Assembly (NCBI GenBank): GCA_000437915.1
Contig: FR901000.1
Coordinates: forward strand, 183,244 to 247,243
Reading direction: 5' to 3'
Origin: Subdoligranulum sp. CAG:314
GTDB taxonomy: Bacteria; Bacillota; Clostridia; Christensenellales; CAG-314
DNA length: 64,000 bases
Both the position numbers and the translations under genes were made by a program. The notes beneath the pieces are model-generated. The model had not been told where the DNA came from. It saw nothing but the letters and a program-made list of their open reading frames with translations, and made no database searches. Below, piece after piece: positions 8,801 through 16,832 of the stretch (positions within the stretch are counted from its first letter, which is position 1; each line of letters opens with the position of its first letter).

Positions 8801-11800
8801 AACGGCAACTCGCTGTCCACGCCGTAGCTCTCGTTGGTGGCGGCAATTTCCACTTTTTCAAGCACGGGCGCCGCCATAAGCGCCTGGTCCAGATTGGAGA
8901 GCACGCTTTCGGAAACATAGATTTCTTTAAGGCTGTTGCAGCCGAAGAACAGCTGTTTGGCAACCGTTATTTCGTTTTCGCTTGAAGGGAAACTGAACTT
9001 GGTCAACGCCGTGTTGCGGAAAGCATAGTTATATATATTTTTGAGCTTGCTGCCCGTGTCGAAGGTCAAGGACTTAAGATTGCGGCAGCCGTCAAAGGCG
9101 TACCCGTGCAGAGGACCGCCCGCGGCAGGAATATCCTCGCCTATGTTTTCCACCGAAGCGGGTATTGCAATGCTTTCAATCAGGCTGTCTCTGAACGCCG
9201 CGTATCCGATAGACGAGCACACGCTGCCTTCGGCGAAGGTCACGCTTTTGAGCGACGAATACGCAAACGCCGAGTTGCCTATCCTTGTGACGTTGGCGGG
9301 TATGACGACGGAATTTACGCCCGTGTACTGGAACACGCCCGAATTGATGATTTCAAGCGCGCCGTCAGCTGCGAAGGTAACCGAGGTCAGCTTTGTACAC
9401 CTTGAAAATGCGTAGTCGCCTATCGTAACGACGCTTGCGGGTATGACTACGGAGGAAATTCCCGACATACTCAGGGCATATTGTCCGATTTCGGTAAGCA
9501 AACCGCCCTCGGAGAATGTAATTTGGGAAATATTGGTGGAGCAAAGCGCATAGGCGCCCAGCGTTTCAAGTCTCTTGGGGAAGGCAATCTGCGTCAGATT
9601 GTCGCAGCGGTCAAATACGGGATAATATGACGTTCCGTACTGCGAGCCGTAAACGCCGCCTGTAAGAATCAGACCGTTGCTGTCGTTGCCCTCGGCGAAT
9701 GTGACCTTGCTCAGTTGCGAGCAATAGTAAAACGCTTGCTGTTCCATCGCCTTGACGGTGTTGGGAATTGTAATTTCCGTCAAAGAATTGCATTGATAGA
9801 ACATATACTTGCCTATCAGCTCTATACCGTCGGGGAGAACCACCTCGGTCAGGTTTTTGCAGTTGTAGAAAACTTCTGCGCCGAATTCGACGTTGCCCGT
9901 AACGTTGCCGAAGTCCACTTTGAGAAGCCCCGTATTCTCCTTGAACGCTTCGGCCCACACCTTTGTCAACGTTGCGGGGATGGTAACCACGCCGTCCACT
10001 CCGGAATTGTTGACGGGCACGGGATACAAATCTGTCACAACGCCTTCGGTTTTGCCGTAAAGCACGCCGTTGTCGGAATAGAAAGAGGCGTTGTCGGAAG
10101 CGACGTTTATTTCTTCCAGCGCGTTGCAATAGCGGAACACATACATGTAAAGTTCGCTGCCGCTTTCGGTATAGCCCAGTGAAGAAAGCGTCTTCGGCAG
10201 ACTGACTCTTACAAGACTGCTGCACCACTGGAACGCTTCGGCGCCAATCGACTCCACGCCCTCGGGGATAACGATTTCCGTTATTGCACGGCAAGAACGG
10301 AACGCGCCTGCGCTGATGGATACAAGACGCACGGGCAGATTGACCTCGGCCAGCTTGGAGCAATTGGCAAAAGCCTCATTCGATATGACAAGACCTTCGG
10401 TACCGCCGTCCGCAAACGTGACTTTTTCGAGATTGGTACATCCGTTGAACGCGAAAGAACCGATTTCCGTCACGTTTTTGCCTATGGTGATTTCCGTGAG
10501 TCCCGTCTTTTGAGTAAACACCTTTTCGCCGATTGTCGTAACCGTTTCCGGCGTGGTGTAAGCGCCTTGCTTGGCGGAGGGATAGAAAATGATTCGGGTA
10601 ATCTCAACGTCGTAAACGATGTCGTCGATTGCCGTATAATACGGATTGCCTTCGGCAATGACAACGCTCGCCAGCTTGATTCCGAAAACTCCGCCGATGT
10701 CGGCAATGTACACATCTTTTGACAGCTCCACGACAGTAACGTATGTCGTACCGACGCTTGTCGTCGAGCTTGTTATGGTTGCAAAAGCTCCCGAAACGAA
10801 ATCGACCTCTCCTATGCTGTTTACCACAACCTTGGTCAGCGTGGAAATGTTGCCGAAAGCGTTTTTACCCAGCGATTTGAGGTTGGCGGGCAGAGTGATT
10901 TCGGAAATTGCCTCCGTGGTGCTCGCCTTGCAGCCGTAAAACGCGCCCTCGCCTATTGTCAAAGCAAGGTCGTTGGCTTCTCCCTCGAACACAATGGCGG
11001 TGACGCCCGTGCAGCTCTTGAAAGCGTTTTTCTCAATCAGCGCAACCCAGCCGGGTATGGTTACTGAAGTGATTTTTTTGCAGTTTTCAAACGCGGACTC
11101 GCCTACCGTCAAAATGCCGGTGGGTATTTTCAGCGCAACCGTCATGCCTTCGGGGGCTTTGATGATTTTGGATTTGTTCGCGTCAGTAAGCATACCGTCA
11201 ACGGATGCGTACGCCGCGCAGCCTTCTTCCACATTGATTTTTTCAAGAGACGTGCAGCCGCTGAACGCAAGTATGTCGAAAGAGGACAGACGTACAGGCA
11301 AGGTCACTTCCGTAAGCGACGTGCAGCCTTTGAAGCAGTTGGCAATCAGCGTAAGATTGTCGGCTGCGGCAGCCGCAGTTTCGAGCAAGCCGACCTCGTC
11401 CACGGGCGCGTCGGGAACCGCGAGGAACACCAGCTTTTCAAGCTTGTTTGCGCCGTAGAAGCTCTCGGTGTCGATTTGTCTGACGCTTGCGGGGATATAT
11501 ATTTCAGTGATTTTTGTGTAGCCTCTGAAAACATTGGCGGGTATGACCTCCGTGCCGAACGGAACGGTGTAAGCGCCCGAGCGCGCGTAAGGGAAGTATT
11601 TCAGCTCTACGCCGCCGGTAATCGTGTTCTTGTAAAACAGAACGCCGTCAACCGAAGCGTAAAATCTTTCGTGGTTGCCCTCCACTTCGTATACGTTGAC
11701 GTTTTGAAGCTTGGAGCAGCCTCTGAACGGCGAGCCAGTCTGATTGCCGCCGAGTCCCATATCGATATATCTGATTGTGTCGGGAACGTTGATTGTCACA

Positions 11801-14355
11801 AGCGTCGAGCACCCGTCAAAGGCGCCGCCCGCTATTTCTCCCACAGGCAGCTCGTTGTATTCGGAGGGAATGGTCACTTCCGTCACAAGACTTATGCCGG
11901 CGGCTTTCATAACCGCATATTCCTGCTCTCCCGTATCGGGATTGGTGATGAGCGCAAACTGCAACACGTCCACAAAGGCGGGATAAAGAGTTATGTCGTT
12001 AAGCGACGTCCACACGTTGACGCTGTTGCCGTAGTTGTCCGTCATTTTGACGCCGTTGCCGTTGGTGGAAGTATACCAGCCCTCAAAGGCTTTGGTCACG
12101 TCGTAGGGCACCAGCACGGGCAGCGTGAATTTCTGTCTGTAAACGACGTCCGCCTGCACTGTTTCCGAGCTGCCGTCGATTGTTCCGCCGCCGGCGGTAA
12201 GCTTGACGTGATAGGTGTTTGGCTCCCACTGCGCGTAAAGAGTAAGGTCGGACGCTTGGTTAAGCGTCGTTTCAATGTATTCCAGACCTTCCTTCTCCGC
12301 CGACCAGAATCTGAATGTATAACCGTCAAACGTAACATTGCCGGGCAATTCAAGGTCGTCGCCCGCCGCTCTGTAAAGCGTTGCGAAATCGCCCTGATAC
12401 TCGAAATTGTAGGACAGGCTGACGGCAAACACCTCAACCTCTATCGTCTCCCATTCGGAAGGAGCGCCCACATTGTCGTAATAACGCACCGAAACGGTGT
12501 TTATTCCCTTGCGGGTAAACTCGATTGACTGACTCGAAAACTTGCTTTCTACCGAGATTTCCTCGCCGTCGTTTACCTTGACTCCGTACTTCATGGCGCC
12601 CACTATGGACGACCAGACAACCTGACCGTTTTCGTAATAGACTTTTCCTTCAAGCGTGGCAGTAAATTCCTTCACGTCGGAGTACAGTGAGTTTTCCGCC
12701 TCCGTCGCGCCGTTTGCTCTCACGCTTATCAGCATATTCATCCAGTCATCGATGCTTTGGGGAAGCTTCATGCTGTTGCCCGTCTCCACGAGGTACTCCG
12801 TGCCGTCTATATTGACCGTGTAGCTCACTGCATCCGCGACCGTATTCCAGCTGAGCGTGTCGCCGTCAACGGTTATTTCGACGGGAGTGGCAAGCCTCGT
12901 CTTGCTGTAAGTGAACACCGCAGGCTCGGAGCTGTTGTAGCCGTGCGCCACCGCGCGCACGCTCACCACTATGTCGCCCTGTCCCATTTCCTTCAACGAC
13001 ACCGTTCTGTTGAATCTCGTCCAATCTCCGTCGTTGATTTTGTATTCGTAATATTCCGCGTTGGCGACATCGTTCCAGCTTAACGTCTCGTCTGCCTCAT
13101 TGACGGTCAGTCCCGTCACCGTGTCCAAACGCCTTTCAAAAACAAAGGTTTCGGAATAAGAGGTTATGTAACCGTCGGCAACCGCCTCGACCTTGAACGT
13201 GATGCCCTCCTCGCGCATTTCGCACATGGAAAAGTCGAACACCGTGGACGTGCCGTTGTCAAAACGCGTATGCCCCGATACGTGTCCCGAGGAGGTGTTG
13301 CCGCACTCGACAGTTATCAGATACTTTTGTGCGTTGGCAACCTCGTTGAATTGCAGCTCGAAACCGTTCACCTCGAACAGGCTGACTCTTGCAAGCGCCT
13401 TGTTGTTGTAGTAAACCGTCGTGGTTTTGTTGTTGCAGGTTATTTCAATTTTGTATTCTCCGGCGGGCTTGGACGAAAAATCGTAGTCGTATTGCAGCGC
13501 GCCGGTAGTAAAGGGAGTTTCCGTCGTGTTGTCAGGCTTGGTTATCGTCACGCGATAACTCATGTTTACGCCCATGCTGTCCCAAACCGCGCCGTTTTCG
13601 TTTACCGACGCCGCGGGAGCGTCGCTCTCAAACACCGCGAACAGCGTTATGTTCTGCGTAAGCACCTGTCCCGTATAGCGCGCGGTAAGCTTGCTTTCGT
13701 CCTCGAAATCGCTCATCCACCAGCCGAGAAACTCTTTTCCGTCCGCCGACGTCGCCGCAGGCAAATCGGTGAGAACGCCGCCCTCGTTTGTGGTGCGCGA
13801 AGCGACAGGCGTGGACGAGCCGACGAATTTAACCGTGAATATTTCCTCTATCCTGTCCACAAAACGCGCGTAAACCGTCGTGTCCTGCACGATTTTCTTG
13901 GAAAAATCAAAAGGGGTAGAAAAGTCGCTGTCCTCGTACCAACCGACAAAAACCTGCCCCGCTTTCGTCGGCTGCGAAGGCAGACTTGCGGTGCCGTTGT
14001 GGTTTACCGATTGAGAGGCGACCTGACTGCCCCCGTTTGTGTTGAAAGTCACCGTGTAAGAGTTGACTCTCCATGTAGCCGTAAGAGTTATGTTTCCCGT
14101 AACCGTGTCCGTTCCGAAAACAAACTCGGTTCCGTCCGGCTTAACCCATTTTTCAAAGGTATAGCCGGTTCTTGTCGGAGCATTCGGCTCCTCGACAGTG
14201 CCGTTGCTTTTCACCTCGACGCTGCCGACCGCGCTTCCGCCGTTGCTGTCAAACGTCACTGTAAACGTTTTTGAACAGGCGGTAGCGCATACCGCCAGCA
14301 CAACTACCAGCAGAACGGCAAGAAGAAGCTTTGTCCACTTTGTCTTTGCCTTCAT
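5857..14355 (-). CDS. Giant (2,832 aa) surface lipoprotein with Flg_new repeats, Fn3-like modules and a long BspA-type LRR array
   Basis: ATG at 14355 with AGGAGG upstream. The signal peptide ends at VCATAC|S. Flg_new modules occupy aa ~30-245 and ~645-795 (for example FTVTFDSNGGS...TGYTFEKW...LTATW). Five ~75-aa modules with an LSWNxVxxAxxY signature occupy aa ~250-640. About 2,000 aa of LRR_5-type repeats follow from aa ~800 to ~2790 (IPxxVxxIGxxAFxxCxSLxxI). No LPXTG motif or C-terminal TM. Confidence 0.95.
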   Translation of the reverse strand: MKAKTKWTKLLLAVLLVVVLAVCATACSKTFTVTFDSNGGSAVGSVEVKSNGTVEEPNAPTRTGYTFEKWVKPDGTEFVFGTDTVTGNITLTATWRVNSYTVTFNTNGGSQVASQSVNHNGTASLPSQPTKAGQVFVGWYEDSDFSTPFDFSKKIVQDTTVYARFVDRIEEIFTVKFVGSSTPVASRTTNEGGVLTDLPAATSADGKEFLGWWMSDFEDESKLTARYTGQVLTQNITLFAVFESDAPAASVNENGAVWDSMGVNMSYRVTITKPDNTTETPFTTGALQYDYDFSSKPAGEYKIEITCNNKTTTVYYNNKALARVSLFEVNGFELQFNEVANAQKYLITVECGNTSSGHVSGHTRFDNGTSTVFDFSMCEMREEGITFKVEAVADGYITSYSETFVFERRLDTVTGLTVNEADETLSWNDVANAEYYEYKINDGDWTRFNRTVSLKEMGQGDIVVSVRAVAHGYNSSEPAVFTYSKTRLATPVEITVDGDTLSWNTVADAVSYTVNIDGTEYLVETGNSMKLPQSIDDWMNMLISVRANGATEAENSLYSDVKEFTATLEGKVYYENGQVVWSSIVGAMKYGVKVNDGEEISVESKFSSQSIEFTRKGINTVSVRYYDNVGAPSEWETIEVEVFAVSLSYNFEYQGDFATLYRAAGDDLELPGNVTFDGYTFRFWSAEKEGLEYIETTLNQASDLTLYAQWEPNTYHVKLTAGGGTIDGSSETVQADVVYRQKFTLPVLVPYDVTKAFEGWYTSTNGNGVKMTDNYGNSVNVWTSLNDITLYPAFVDVLQFALITNPDTGEQEYAVMKAAGISLVTEVTIPSEYNELPVGEIAGGAFDGCSTLVTINVPDTIRYIDMGLGGNQTGSPFRGCSKLQNVNVYEVEGNHERFYASVDGVLFYKNTITGGVELKYFPYARSGAYTVPFGTEVIPANVFRGYTKITEIYIPASVRQIDTESFYGANKLEKLVFLAVPDAPVDEVGLLETAAAAADNLTLIANCFKGCTSLTEVTLPVRLSSFDILAFSGCTSLEKINVEEGCAAYASVDGMLTDANKSKIIKAPEGMTVALKIPTGILTVGESAFENCKKITSVTIPGWVALIEKNAFKSCTGVTAIVFEGEANDLALTIGEGAFYGCKASTTEAISEITLPANLKSLGKNAFGNISTLTKVVVNSIGEVDFVSGAFATITSSTTSVGTTYVTVVELSKDVYIADIGGVFGIKLASVVIAEGNPYYTAIDDIVYDVEITRIIFYPSAKQGAYTTPETVTTIGEKVFTQKTGLTEITIGKNVTEIGSFAFNGCTNLEKVTFADGGTEGLVISNEAFANCSKLAEVNLPVRLVSISAGAFRSCRAITEIVIPEGVESIGAEAFQWCSSLVRVSLPKTLSSLGYTESGSELYMYVFRYCNALEEINVASDNASFYSDNGVLYGKTEGVVTDLYPVPVNNSGVDGVVTIPATLTKVWAEAFKENTGLLKVDFGNVTGNVEFGAEVFYNCKNLTEVVLPDGIELIGKYMFYQCNSLTEITIPNTVKAMEQQAFYYCSQLSKVTFAEGNDSNGLILTGGVYGSQYGTSYYPVFDRCDNLTQIAFPKRLETLGAYALCSTNISQITFSEGGLLTEIGQYALSMSGISSVVIPASVVTIGDYAFSRCTKLTSVTFAADGALEIINSGVFQYTGVNSVVIPANVTRIGNSAFAYSSLKSVTFAEGSVCSSIGYAAFRDSLIESIAIPASVENIGEDIPAAGGPLHGYAFDGCRNLKSLTFDTGSKLKNIYNYAFRNTALTKFSFPSSENEITVAKQLFFGCNSLKEIYVSESVLSNLDQALMAAPVLEKVEIAATNESYGVDSELPLISTPSGNSIIYFFTALDGKNTEVVIPEGTLYIEAGAFKNQVYLTKVTIPSSVLEIGQGAFQNCFSLKEVKFEGTSALQSIGNGAFNSCTSLTTINLPAGASYGTYLFANCSSLKEISLPAGVKSLPNYMFSDCVSLTTVNLPDTLTTIGQYAFKNCASLAEIDISNVTSIGIYAFTLSGLTEITIPEAIKTLGNQIFNGCSKLKTVTLHNAITSLGTSLFKDCTSLESITLPSSLKTLGTNAFQGCTALKSITIPGNVTSLPNNLFDGCTSLASVTLHEGVTTLGNYIFRGCTSLESIDLPSKLTYLGRYTFQNSGLTSIEIPSGVQHISHKAGTKANTGSSTTNDVSLFDGCVNLRSVTLPAGLLSIGPKTFMGCVSLEKVTYTGYDGDESFILPDSVCVLGAYLFSGCESLTSIVLPTGDGTAVSAGTYLFDGCVNLTSVTFPQSGWTKLVSYMFRDCTSLESIAIPDTVTTSATYAFDGCTSLERVTLSQSMTSIQSYMFRNCVSLKSINLTSAITSIGSEAFLGSGLEYIVIPQNVKTISGKAFADCVNLTEVLVDGLNATFKSEDGIVYNRTTGALVFVPSAMADVGIDVEELLLNNGITAYAFYGVTGIEHITVPEGVTSIPANAFYGLKSLKSVTLPSTLQSIGNYAFAYCTSLESIVIPETMVVLGSQYVEGTYTNILGTNLFQGCTSLSSVTLPEGLDVLSNYMFEGCTSLKTIDLPESLTYLGTYTFQNSGLTSVTIPAGVKHLSLGKTSSAASGTHNVYTFANCTDLVSVTFNEGLETMGRFVFSGCTSLESVKLPSSLYCMDRENFSDSGLKSITIPATLTDWDYSFINCTSLVTVTLERGITEIPYSAFSGCTSLTTVNLPDTLTEMASSVFSGCTSLSNIVLPESLVEIGGSAFANCTSLKSLVIRPNTAITSSGTFSGWTAEQTIYIMESRYVISQYWYGPINATASTHWFKDCNAKIVYDYTPE

Positions 14356-14434
14356 ATAAAAAGCCTCCTACATTTTATTTTCGCACCATACATAAATTTA
14401 TTTGTCAATATGTACTTATTTTAGAACAGCATGA

Positions 14435-14461
14435 CGAATACACCTGTGCGATGTGTAAATT
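14435..14461. promoter_or_regulatory. Candidate operator O2 (imperfect palindrome) overlapping the -10/TSS of the giant-gene promoter
   Basis: cgaatacacctg-tgc-gatgtgtaaatt. The right half plus centre (tgcgatgtgtaaatt, 14447..14461) is identical to O1. The left half keeps the TACAC core (6 of 12 positions). Confidence 0.5.
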
Positions 14462-14487
14462 ATAGCAATCCGAGTTCACGCTGTCAA
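14459..14487 (-). promoter_or_regulatory. Sigma-A type promoter of the giant surface-protein gene
   Basis: The minus strand reads TTGACA (rc of 14482..14487), 17 nt, TATAAT (rc of 14459..14464). Both hexamers are consensus. This predicts a ~95-nt 5' UTR. Confidence 0.7.
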
Positions 14488-14513
14488 CCTCTTTTCATCG
14501 TTTTTTTTTTTGT

Positions 14514-14540
14514 AATTTACACATCTGCGATGTGTAAATT
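14514..14540. promoter_or_regulatory. Candidate operator O1 (perfect 12-3-12 palindrome)
   Basis: aatttacacatc-tgc-gatgtgtaaatt has perfectly complementary arms. It is centred about 75 bp upstream of the predicted TSS of the giant gene and 79 bp from the centre of O2. Confidence 0.55.
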
Positions 14541-14717
14541 TTTTGACAAAATTGCCGTTCCGTCGTCGTTTTTCGGCAATTTTCAACAATAACGACAAAG
14601 AAAACTTATAGAACTCCGCGCAAAAAACCAATCCTTTCCCCTCCCGCGGTGTAATAACAATCCGAGCTTTAAATCCTTAAAAATTCAATGTGAAATAATC
14701 GACACGTTTATATAAAC

Positions 14718-14746
14718 TTGACAGATGTCGCGGTTTGTGCTAAAAT
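14718..14746 (+). promoter_or_regulatory. Promoter of the TetR gene (apparently leaderless transcript)
   Basis: TTGACA (14718..14723), 17 nt, TGc-TAAAAT (14741..14746). The ATG at 14753 is 7 nt after the -10 and there is no SD. Confidence 0.6.
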
Positions 14747-14752
14747 AATTTT

Positions 14753-15379
14753 ATGAAAAACAAAGAATTTACGCTGAGCATCTTCCGCAACGACCCCACC
14801 TTCGCCAACACGGACAAGGAGGATTTGCGAATCCGCAGAACAAAAACCTTTCTCATGCAGGCGTTGATAAGACTCATGGAAAAGCAGAGTTTCGAGCAGA
14901 TAAGCGTAATAGACATCTGCAACGAAGCGCTTGTGCACCGAGCCACCTTTTACAAGCACTACAAGGACAAATACGACCTTTTGACCAACACGCTCGAAAC
15001 GCTCAAGGTCTATATTTTCGCGGATAACGCAAGCGAGCGCGCATATTTAAACGACAAGGAGCTGTTTTTGAACGTGGCGGACTGCGCGCTCAGCTTTTTC
15101 GAGGCGCACCGCAGCACAATCAAAAACGTGCTCAACCACAACAAGAACGAAACCATGCTGGACATGATTTTCTACACCACGGAAAAGACGCTTAAACGCT
15201 TTATCGAGTGCAGAATCGAGCAGACTCAAAAGACGCCCTCCGTGCCGCTGCCCGTCATAGTTTCCTTTTTTTCGGGCGGCTTTTCCTCTCTCATTTTGTG
15301 GTGGATAAACCACGAGGACGTCTGCACCAAAAACGAGATTTTAAGCTACATCACACGCCTTGTCGAAGCGCGGATTTGA
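14753..15379 (+). CDS. TetR/AcrR-family transcriptional regulator
   Basis: 208 aa. The N-terminal HTH RTKTFLMQALIRLMEKQSFEQISVIDICNEALVHRATFYKHYKDKYDLL is typical TetR_N. It is divergent from the giant gene. Confidence 0.9.
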   Translation: MKNKEFTLSIFRNDPTFANTDKEDLRIRRTKTFLMQALIRLMEKQSFEQISVIDICNEALVHRATFYKHYKDKYDLLTNTLETLKVYIFADNASERAYLNDKELFLNVADCALSFFEAHRSTIKNVLNHNKNETMLDMIFYTTEKTLKRFIECRIEQTQKTPSVPLPVIVSFFSGGFSSLILWWINHEDVCTKNEILSYITRLVEARI

Positions 15380-15406
15380 AACCGTTTCAACTTGTTTTTT
15401 AAGCAA

Positions 15407-15441
15407 AAAACTCCGCAGCCCCAAAAGGGCTGCGGAGTTTT
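15407..15441. terminator. Bidirectional rho-independent terminator
   Basis: aaaactccgcagccc-caaaa-gggctgcggagtttt is a 15-bp stem flanked by A- and T-runs. It lies between the convergent genes ending at 15379 (+) and 15459 (-). Confidence 0.85.
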
Positions 15442-15458
15442 AAATTGTCGCAGACTGC

Positions 15459-16817
15459 TTAAAGAGCGGACGGCTCCTGCAAAATCAGATTGACTTTTTC
15501 GTAAAGCAGCTGCACCTTCTGATTTATATACACCTCTATCGCGTCGTCGAAATATATGTTTTTGTTGAGTATGCTTTCCACCCTCTCCATATCCTTTTCG
15601 GCGGCAACAACGTCTATGCGTTTGAGTCCGCAAACGTCCAGCGCCTTGGTAAGCTGACACTTTAAAGCGGTGAGCTTGACAAAACGGTGCCTGTCCTGTT
15701 TTTCGGGCGGAAGCGCGTCAAGCTCGGAAATGCTGCGCTCCACGTTTATCAGCATATTTTTTATGTCCTCCAAGCCCCGCTTGTCTCTGTCGTCCTTTTC
15801 CACAAACTTGTAGAACATACTCAGATACATATTGTTGAGTATGCCGAAACGCATATTTTCCAGCCCCGCTCTGTCCTTGTAATTGTGCTCGAAATCATAC
15901 TTTTCGAGGATTTCCATGGCGCTTTCGAGGTAGGAATAGCTGTCTATATTTTTGTAGGTATAGTATGTGGTGCCAAGATGCCTGAGCGCCCTGACCTTTA
16001 AAAACAGATAGTCGTAGTACCTTTCCATAGTCATGCCGTCGGGGATTTCTCCCGAGGCGCCTATCCTGTTGTTTATTATGTTAATCGCCGTGCTTATCGC
16101 CTCGTGCCCCCTGCGGTTGTCGCCCAACAGAATGTAAGTCCATCCGATGAGGTCGGTGTACGCCTTTATCTGCTGAATTTCGTTGTTGGTATATTTCGCC
16201 ACGTATCTGCCGAGCCTTATCCTGATGTGGTGCTGCTCCAGCTGCAACAAAACACGGTTGACGGAAAATATTTCTTCGATAATCGCCTGCGCTATCTGAT
16301 ATGCCTTTTCCGCGGGAGCGGACTCCATTGCTTTGAGCGTCGACGCGGAATACGCCTTGACCGCTTCGAGGTCGGCGTAGTTTGCCGATTTCTGCTTGAA
16401 ATACTCGTTTATCCTGTCGTGAAGTCCGGCAATGTCCTTTGCGAATTTTTCGCTGCGGACAAGCGTTTTCAGGTCGCCGCGGCACTTTCTCAAAAGCTGC
16501 TTGTTGTATCTTTCCACTCCCCGCAGACCTTTGAGAAAGGCAAAATGTTTGAGCTGTTTTTCGCTTGCCTGCGCAAGACGCACGATTTTCATCGTATACT
16601 TTCTCGTCTTGCTCATAAGTATGGTGCTGCTCATTCCGCGCCGTATTCTCAGGTGCCTCACCAAAACAAGCGTGGTGTAAATTATCAGCGCCGCGAAAAG
16701 CAGCCCGAAAATTATCCACTTCGTGACCTTGTTTGTCTTTTCCTCAAGCACGACGACAACGATTGACACCACGATTGAAGCTATCGAAATTATTTCGCTC
16801 GTAGACAGCTTTTTCAT
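15459..16817 (-). CDS. Hypothetical 2-TM membrane protein with a large all-helical (TPR-like?) cytoplasmic domain
   Basis: 452 aa, ATG at 16817 with AAAGGAG upstream. It has two N-terminal hydrophobic helices followed by ~370 aa rich in predicted helices. I recognise no family motif. Confidence 0.75.
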   Translation of the reverse strand: MKKLSTSEIISIASIVVSIVVVVLEEKTNKVTKWIIFGLLFAALIIYTTLVLVRHLRIRRGMSSTILMSKTRKYTMKIVRLAQASEKQLKHFAFLKGLRGVERYNKQLLRKCRGDLKTLVRSEKFAKDIAGLHDRINEYFKQKSANYADLEAVKAYSASTLKAMESAPAEKAYQIAQAIIEEIFSVNRVLLQLEQHHIRIRLGRYVAKYTNNEIQQIKAYTDLIGWTYILLGDNRRGHEAISTAINIINNRIGASGEIPDGMTMERYYDYLFLKVRALRHLGTTYYTYKNIDSYSYLESAMEILEKYDFEHNYKDRAGLENMRFGILNNMYLSMFYKFVEKDDRDKRGLEDIKNMLINVERSISELDALPPEKQDRHRFVKLTALKCQLTKALDVCGLKRIDVVAAEKDMERVESILNKNIYFDDAIEVYINQKVQLLYEKVNLILQEPSAL

Positions 16818-16832
16818 ATTACTCTCCTTTGT

